Below are positions 42,701-47,504 of a DNA stretch of 47,504 bases, piece by piece. Position 1 is the first letter of the stretch. The number at the start of each line of letters is the position of its first letter. A program made the translations under genes and the position numbers. Where the stretch lies: the NCBI GenBank assembly GCA_020345725.1, contig CP070767.1:1782276-1829779 (forward strand), given 5' to 3'. The notes below the pieces were generated by a model. That model saw only the letters and a list, made by a program, of their open reading frames with translations. It had not been told where the DNA came from and did not search any database. This DNA is from Methanobacteriota archaeon. Lineage in GTDB: Archaea > Thermoplasmatota > Thermoplasmata > RBG-16-68-12 > SOIM01.

Positions 42701-45700
42701 TCCGGTGAGAACGGTTGCTAGATAGATGTAAAAGCCTCTTTCAATCACTATCTTGTTGTCGCCGAAATCCAGTCTACTGAGGCTCGTGCTCGACCTAGTC
42801 TGAAAAGAGTCTCTGACGAACTCCTGCATCACAGTCAGCATTCCACTGAAAATGTCATCGTCCACATCCTCTCTGAATTCCCGCGTTTCATGAAGAATCA
42901 GCCTTCCGTCATTGTGAACCAGGAAGACGTCATCCACCAGATAGGTGCCCAGTCTGCTGATGTTCAGAGTGGCATCATCTTTTGATTCGAAATTGGTCTC
43001 GTCAAATGGTCTTTTGAAGGAAACCTTAACATCCACAGGAAGCTCACCGTCCTGTCTGGGTTTGAGACCCACCTCCATCTTCTTCTTCTCCTGTGGAAGT
43101 AGACTGGAAATCTTCCTGAGTCCTTTGACCTCGAAGTCTCCCTTGAGGCTTACGTTCACGTCCTCTGCAGTTGTGTTCCCTTCGTTGGTCACTTCAAGAG
43201 TGTATTTGTTCCAGACATCTGATTGGACAGCTCCAACAGGAAGATTGACCATGATCTTTGGATATTTGCCGCGAAGGAACTGCTCGACACGACCGCGAGC
43301 CAGATCTTCCGATTGCTCTATCAACCTCAGAGCGCTTTCATAGTCATGTTCTGCGAAACTCTCCTGGGCAGTCCGGAGCATGTCCTGCAGCTCTTCCGCC
43401 CCCATTCCTGCCTCATCCGATTTTTCAATCAAACGTGTGATCATCTTGCTCTTCTCAACGAATTGCTGGATGAGCTTCTTGGATCTGGATTCCCCGAGCA
43501 TCTCCTTTGCGGTATCGGTGAGCATGGTGACTATTCCATAGTCCTCGGTTTCGTACGCGTCCTCGGCTTTCTTAAAGACGATTTCCGCTTCAGCGATTTC
43601 CCCGAGTCCACTGGTCTTTGCTTCTCCAATCATAATCTGGACTTCTTCCATCTCTCTCCTTGCCCTGTCGCTCAAGAATAACTTCTCGGCCTCAATCAAT
43701 GATCCTCTGGCCATTTCAGCCAGATTATTGAATTTGGAGTATTCCTTTGTATCAATTGCTGCACTCGCCTCTTCAATAAGATCCTCTGCTTCATCCACAT
43801 GTGCTCCGGTGGACCTTGCCAGTTCGATCCCTTTGATGATCGAACCTATGTTCTCCTTTGCTTTCCTCTCAATCAACTTCTCGGTTTCTTCCAGCACTTT
43901 CTGTGCCATTCTTGCGTATTCGATAGATGCTTGGTACTTCCCCTCATCGAAGTAGGTCTTGGCAGTGTGGAGCATTTCCTCAACTTGAGGAGCGGACACA
44001 CCAATCTCCTTCATCCTGTCCAATGAAGATTCCAATGTGTGAATGAATTCCTCCGACCCTTCTCTCAAGGAGGCCATTATTTCCTGCCCGAGCTCCTCAA
44101 TCGTAATGACCGCTTTCTCAGCCTCTTTGAGCTTGCCTTGTTCTGTGGCAGTCTCGGCCTCTGAGAGAAGCTTTTCGGCCTCCGAGACATCTATGTTGGC
44201 CTTCCTAGCGTCATCCAAAAGAAGTCTGACCTTTCCGAGCCTATCCTCTATCTCCTTTCTCCTGGCTATTGCTTCCTCCGGCACCCGTCTCTCCACCATG
44301 CGGTGGGCCGCCTTTGCCCTCTCTATGGATTCCAAGAAACTCTCTTCGCCCAGTAGGTTCTCGGCCGCAAGCAAAGTCTCTTCAACGTCTTCTATGTCGA
44401 ACCCATGAGTCCTGGCATGCATCATAGAGGACTTCGCTTTGAGAAGCAAGTTTTTCGCTCTCTTCTTGGCGAGCCTCACAATCGATTCGAATCTCTCTAC
44501 TTCCTCCATTAGGCCCTCTGCCCTTTCAATATCGCCACTCTCGAACGACCTTTCAATCTTCACCATCATTTCTTCAAGCTCGGACGTATCTTCTCCGTAT
44601 TCCGAGATATCCCTCACGAGATTCCTAAGTCGGAGTATGCGGCGCTGAATCCTATTCTTGCGCTCCTCCAACTCCCAAGCCTGCATGTCCTTCTCCAACA
44701 ATTCCTGAAGATCCCCGACCTTGTCGCTCATTATGGCCCTCTTGAAGTTCTTCAGAAGTTCTTTGGCTCCTACGAGTTCCTTCCCACCCTTGCTTGCCTT
44801 CTCGATAAGTGTTCCAACAGCCCCGACCAGTAGCTCTGTTTCTCTCTTCTTCCTTTCCCTTACGATCCATCTTCGGTTCCTCGTGACCAGGTTCTGCATC
44901 TTGGAGTACTTACCTTCACTCATCGCCTTACTGGCCTCTTCCAAAAGGTCTTCTCCGGCCGAGGTGTCCACACCCATCGATCTTAGTTCTTCCAGATCCA
45001 TGCGGACACTCTGTAGCTTGTCCTCCATCTTCTTCTTGAGCTTGGCATCGGATATCGCTTTCTTCAGACGCCGGGAGAGTTTCTGGACATCTGCGAATCT
45101 CTCGTCCAGAACGGCTTCTCTAGCCTCATTTAGCAACTCCCTCGCCCGAGTCACATCGAGTTCCAGCTTCTCAGACTTCGTGATCTGGTCCCGCATCTTG
45201 TCGATAACATCCTCCACTCTCTTCCTCTTCTTGGCTCGTCTGATTGCATTACGGATATTCTTGACATTCTCGGAAACCTCACCGAAATTTCGATCTTCCA
45301 GCGATGTCTGAGCGGCATGGAGGAACTCCATTGCTTCCGAGATATCCGCACCCATTTCGTTTGCCTGGTCGACGAAAGGAATGACGTTCCCAATCATTCT
45401 CTGGGAACGGAAGAACCTCTTCGCTGCCATCGTCTCCGTTCTTGCCTCTCGAACTAGACCCGGGATCTCTTGGAAGCTGGCTGACTTGAGTGCATTCTCA
45501 GCTTTTCCTATCAGCTCTGACGATACGGACACATCAGCTCCCTGGGCTTTTGCATCCTTTATGAGCGCTTTTGCATTCCTGATCAGAGTCCGCATCCTTT
45601 TCTCTTTCTTGGCATCTGCGGTTTTCTTAGTGCCCTGTTTTTCTGAAGCACTATCTTTGCTATCTGTCTCCGACCGAGATTTTGCACTCAATTTGATCAC
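39794..45700 (-). CDS. giant (1968 aa) cytoplasmic helical-repeat protein with duplicated Ig-like + alpha/beta modules and an IleRS-C-terminal-domain paralog
   Basis: One uninterrupted ORF with a GTG start and GGAGAC 10 nt upstream (an alternative ATG lies at codon 36). No signal peptide or TM segment was seen. Domain order is given in the findings. Confidence 0.85.
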   Translation of the reverse strand: MIKLSAKSRSETDSKDSASEKQGTKKTADAKKEKRMRTLIRNAKALIKDAKAQGADVSVSSELIGKAENALKSASFQEIPGLVREARTETMAAKRFFRSQRMIGNVIPFVDQANEMGADISEAMEFLHAAQTSLEDRNFGEVSENVKNIRNAIRRAKKRKRVEDVIDKMRDQITKSEKLELDVTRARELLNEAREAVLDERFADVQKLSRRLKKAISDAKLKKKMEDKLQSVRMDLEELRSMGVDTSAGEDLLEEASKAMSEGKYSKMQNLVTRNRRWIVRERKKRETELLVGAVGTLIEKASKGGKELVGAKELLKNFKRAIMSDKVGDLQELLEKDMQAWELEERKNRIQRRILRLRNLVRDISEYGEDTSELEEMMVKIERSFESGDIERAEGLMEEVERFESIVRLAKKRAKNLLLKAKSSMMHARTHGFDIEDVEETLLAAENLLGEESFLESIERAKAAHRMVERRVPEEAIARRKEIEDRLGKVRLLLDDARKANIDVSEAEKLLSEAETATEQGKLKEAEKAVITIEELGQEIMASLREGSEEFIHTLESSLDRMKEIGVSAPQVEEMLHTAKTYFDEGKYQASIEYARMAQKVLEETEKLIERKAKENIGSIIKGIELARSTGAHVDEAEDLIEEASAAIDTKEYSKFNNLAEMARGSLIEAEKLFLSDRARREMEEVQIMIGEAKTSGLGEIAEAEIVFKKAEDAYETEDYGIVTMLTDTAKEMLGESRSKKLIQQFVEKSKMITRLIEKSDEAGMGAEELQDMLRTAQESFAEHDYESALRLIEQSEDLARGRVEQFLRGKYPKIMVNLPVGAVQSDVWNKYTLEVTNEGNTTAEDVNVSLKGDFEVKGLRKISSLLPQEKKKMEVGLKPRQDGELPVDVKVSFKRPFDETNFESKDDATLNISRLGTYLVDDVFLVHNDGRLILHETREFREDVDDDIFSGMLTVMQEFVRDSFQTRSSTSLSRLDFGDNKIVIERGFYIYLATVLTGDEPSLLPLYMAEIVKEIEEKYADVLDNWSGLLGEMEGVEEIVKKIIFVSDDEEADIGELEESVITSTLQMLREAQAAGADVSQAQDLLHKAKKLLEEEDYASAWKFVEDAADSASKSKARIRGQLENALVQAQNSIKEAIKEGLEIDEAELMLDDADKAAEEFDAREVNSIVRKIDRVVGDAKSKKLELEIATQLDKAKELMTRLQNQGFDTGEAGELMMKARDARLVDDFESAEKYLELFRESMKKTEESLTSEVLKTKLSEFDQMTKRAKDLGIDVAEVEQKISQAEEALDKGDDKAAQDSLEEIGKLLVEARNLLSATEVDGYLDSVRDMVERARSIGIEVTDAEKILGDAQQLAPEDVENLRTIIERAESSATKKIGDYLKGKVPDIKLQLPRKGLQTDAWNKYTFEVANEGNIAARNLNIDLSGEFEVKGLEEIPHIDAKEKKEVEVGLKPAREGDIPIDVKISYQRYFDEKEYRLDDLKNVSVESQGTYLVEDVFLIHRDGRLIIHETRKYREEIDEDVFSGMLSVVQDFVQDSFRSKEKVGLKRLDFGESKILLERGKYVSVAAVVVGQEPMLLPLHVLEVIARIEDQFGQILESWSGLMSELSGIDEFVKELIFVTDKKEAITESLQSSLVTATFGAEGAHQIIEEARKVVETEDMDTAWEFISDMGDGVPPRDLGVGVVSPDVQLSPEFIEDLGDLADSPEFRGHIATLSDIVQCVSQARKDIDLDKKMPLLLVAIKSVDDSSATMISDFKRVLQDHLRTKELVVLGPGEDWDGLDLEITVNSDKIKEKYPQWSRKIEMLLNSQSPWKIKSGLDKGSYAVGIEGQQVILDSTMVSYEISVPERVAEYEFDKGKVWVDKRQTEELWAEGVAGEIIKEIANTKREAGLEEETPVEIRLCISDELKALLEDWMDDIITEVRCTSFKYRPVDWEGDEDAFSLALQLGDEEIVIYLKELAEAES
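40826..41545 (-). repeat. intragenic duplicated module B (aa 1386-1625 of the giant protein)
   Basis: Collinear with module A over ~240 aa, with shared blocks WNKYTFEV.NEGN, FEVKGL, EVGLKP, GTYLVEDVFLIHRDGRLIIHETR, DVFSGML, QDFVQDSF, RLDFGE and WSGL. Confidence 0.8.
42551..43270 (-). repeat. intragenic duplicated module A (aa 811-1050 of the giant protein)
   Basis: See module B. Roughly half or more of the residues are identical by eye. Confidence 0.8.
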
Positions 45701-45944
45701 CGCTTGGTGAGTCTCCGGGCCATTTCTGTTCTCAATTCTGAAAATGGCTCTCGGAAGCAGTAGTGGGGAAAAAGCAAAATAAAGATACTCATGCCTTTAT
45801 CATAAGCGATATTCAGGCTTCATCTCTCTCTGCAAACTGGAGAGGAACATGAAATTGTCTTGAAATTGGCATCAATCAACCATTATCCAGATATTCTCCA
45901 AAATACTGCTCATACAACTGCTCCTCCTCTTAAAATGAAATATT

Positions 45945-46045
45945 AGCGGGTCTGCGGATTTCAACCGCAGGGTCCAGGCATCCTACAACTCTGAGTCCTT
46001 GGGAAGGTTTGTTGGGGAAATACCTAAGCAACCCGTTTGACCCGC
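45945..46045 (-). ncRNA. candidate ~100-nt structured small RNA with tRNA-like acceptor/T-arm geometry (identity unresolved)
   Basis: On the minus strand, GCGGGTC (46045-46039) pairs perfectly with GACCCGC (45952-45946). The 3' strand directly abuts a TGCGG-TTGAAAT-CCGCA hairpin (45969-45953). T-rich tracts flank both sides. I could not fold a D-arm or an anticodon arm. Confidence 0.3.
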
Positions 46046-46119
46046 ACGCTCTTGAAAGAAATATAAGAGAAATGGGAAGAGTGTTGGTTTTGTGTGTTTT
46101 GGCTTTAGGCTATGGGATC

Positions 46120-47504
46120 TTAGAACCCATATACGTCCTTGCGGTCTTGTCCAGTCAGTCCACCGTTGCCGTTACCCTCGTTGCCTTCCTCTTGGCCAGG
46201 TGCAAAGCCCCAGTACTCCATACCCATGCCGTAGTGTCCAGTCAGACTCGAAGAGGCTGAATGGGCATGTTCGACATCGTTATGGCCTGATGCTTGGCAT
46301 CCGCCCTCATAGTAGCTGAGCAACATTAGGATAGCTTCCTCGGGAGCCAAAGCGCTTCCGTCCAGCAAGACTAGGTCACCAGGTTCCAGGTTGTGCAACA
46401 TACCGTCGTCGTCATCCATGTCGAATGCTCTGAGGGTTCTGAGCGCATTCTGCCTGTGCCGATAACACGATTGATCGTCACCGAACATCTTGAGGATTAT
46501 CGGTAACGTCAGTGTATCCTGCTTGTCCACACCGCCAAAGGACACGATGATTGCCACGTCCATTGGACCTATTGGTGAACCGGCAGAAACTGTCATGGCA
46601 AAGTAGAATGTAGCTGTCTCCCTGGGCTCCATCTTGCCGTCTGGTCCTATCGTATCTTTGGCAGATAGGCCTTGCATCTTGAATCCCTTGTCGTTCTCGA
46701 TGGCACCGTCTTCCTTGATCTTTATGTCGGTACCGCCAGTGTTCTCTAGTCTGAATGTTCCAACGACTGTACCGCCGGGTTGGACATCACCAGTGAATGC
46801 CCATCTCAGCGAGCCAGGAACGAACTCGAAGTCAGGTTTGGTCAGTGTAATCCAGTAGTAGGTAGGTCCTGCACCATAGTTGCTTGTTCGGACCACCAGG
46901 TCACCGTCCAAGTCGTCAGTGTAGAAGTAGGGTTCCATCTGATTCATCGGAATCATGACCAGTCCAGCTGCCATACCAGCTGCGTCGTAGTAGTACGAGT
47001 AGGTGACTGTCGCCACGACCGGTAATGGAGTTATGTACTGTCCTTTGGCAAACTTCGAAGTTGGTTCAACGATGAAGTTGCCTCCTGGGCCTGCTTCATT
47101 TGGACAGAAGATCAGTATCGCAAACTGGAATATCACGTTGTCCCCGTTTGCGTCACCAGCGTACGAACCTGGGTACAGCCAGATGTTGGCTGTTCTCAGA
47201 TAGGACTCACGAGCGTTTATGAAGAGACAGGCACCACCTAGTGCTTGTCCCGGATATCCCACTGATACGTCCTCACGTGGGAGCAAGGTGTGGCGGTTGC
47301 CATCCTCGTCCGCTGTTCGTACGACCATGGTATGGTAGTACCCTTGGGATGGACCCACATACTGCTGGAATCCTACACCGAACTTCATCGGATAGGTCCT
47401 GAATGTGGTTGTGTCGTATATGGCCCACCATCCGAATCCCCATGCGGGGACAGGTGCTGTCCATGTGAACGATGTGTACACATGGCCGGCCATCGGAAGG
47501 GTTG
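46120..47504 (-). CDS. hypothetical beta-rich (probably secreted or surface) protein, 5'-truncated by the window edge
   Basis: The frame is open to the window end, with no stop upstream of the Met at 47493. It has an Ig/CARDB-like stretch (GTVVGTFRLENTGGTDIKI), a poly-Asp patch (FDMDDDDGM) and a Gly/Asn/Glu-rich C-terminus. No recognisable catalytic motif. Confidence 0.55.
   Translation of the reverse strand, partial: TLPMAGHVYTSFTWTAPVPAWGFGWWAIYDTTTFRTYPMKFGVGFQQYVGPSQGYYHTMVVRTADEDGNRHTLLPREDVSVGYPGQALGGACLFINARESYLRTANIWLYPGSYAGDANGDNVIFQFAILIFCPNEAGPGGNFIVEPTSKFAKGQYITPLPVVATVTYSYYYDAAGMAAGLVMIPMNQMEPYFYTDDLDGDLVVRTSNYGAGPTYYWITLTKPDFEFVPGSLRWAFTGDVQPGGTVVGTFRLENTGGTDIKIKEDGAIENDKGFKMQGLSAKDTIGPDGKMEPRETATFYFAMTVSAGSPIGPMDVAIIVSFGGVDKQDTLTLPIILKMFGDDQSCYRHRQNALRTLRAFDMDDDDGMLHNLEPGDLVLLDGSALAPEEAILMLLSYYEGGCQASGHNDVEHAHSASSSLTGHYGMGMEYWGFAPGQEEGNEGNGNGGLTGQDRKDVYGF

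Noticed and set aside
45872-45913. 13-codon ORF (MSSILENIWIMVD) with a strong AGAGGAGGAG RBS upstream of the giant gene
   Set aside because: It is too short to support as a gene from sequence alone. It could be a uORF or chance, and no conservation data are available.
45860-45935. TPP-riboswitch-like string on the minus strand (AUCUGGAUAAUG...GCCA)
   Set aside because: Only the CUGGAUAAUG core resembles the TPP aptamer. The pairing partner is CCAA rather than CCAG, there is a long insertion, and I could not find a CUGAGA element or a P1-P3 architecture. The downstream gene has no link to thiamine.
45945-46045. Calling this element a bona fide tRNA gene
   Set aside because: The acceptor and T-arm geometry is good, but position 8 is A and the T-loop has G56. 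I could not build a D-arm or an anticodon arm even allowing one intron. It is kept only as an unresolved ncRNA candidate.
1-47504. Long antisense or alternative-frame ORFs inside large genes (e.g. 2820..3425, 7966..8640, 15851..16312, 19113..19745, 36658..37125, 38317..39105, 43223..43681, 44721..45311), and a search for CRISPR arrays and rRNA
   Set aside because: These ORFs are shadows of strongly supported genes. Their products are low-complexity Ser/Pro/Leu-rich and lack RBS motifs. I saw no regularly spaced direct repeats typical of CRISPR and no rRNA-like sequence anywhere in the window.

Overview
This is an archaeal chromosomal window. The evidence is archaeal-type RFC large subunit, Taw1, TrmI, aconitase-X mevalonate genes, a Nog1-like GTPase, UPF0200/UPF0201 and a class II HMG-CoA reductase. 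A Thermoplasmatota-like euryarchaeal origin is only an inference. Genes are densely packed, many have GGAGG-type ribosome-binding sites, and TGA is used as an ordinary stop. The core genes are purS-purL-purQ, trmI, hmgA, rfcL, taw1, pdxS, the two aconitase-X subunits and ileS. I saw no rRNA genes and no CRISPR array.

Four regions stand out:
1. 35.1-45.7 kb (minus strand): this is my best candidate for an undescribed system. The isoleucyl-tRNA synthetase continues without a stop into a ~410-aa extension (HhH, zinc ribbons, DUF835-like). Upstream of it lies a tRNA-His gene with an apparent ~30-nt intron in the T-loop, hidden under a spurious ORF extension. Upstream of that is a 1968-aa cytoplasmic protein with ~17-18 helical-hairpin repeats, two copies of a ~240-aa module, and a C-terminal domain paralogous to the IleRS C-terminal domain.
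2. 7.5-21.6 kb: a cell-surface cluster. One large canonical subtilase is broken by an in-frame TGA and a -1 frameshift. Next to it are an AttH-like membrane protein and a ~2430-aa membrane-anchored subtilase-like protein. That protein has a 7-blade WD40 propeller inserted between the catalytic Asp and His, and Asp at the position of the catalytic Ser.
3. 23.0-24.8 kb: an AT-rich islet with a serine recombinase, an unlisted 49-aa RHH-like ORF, palindromes and weak flanking direct repeats.
4. 32.0-35.1 kb: an aconitase-X small subunit fused to a Nudix domain, followed by two tandem paralogous 350-aa double wHTH regulators.

All domain calls come from motif recognition by eye. No database searches were run, and any identity estimates are by eye.
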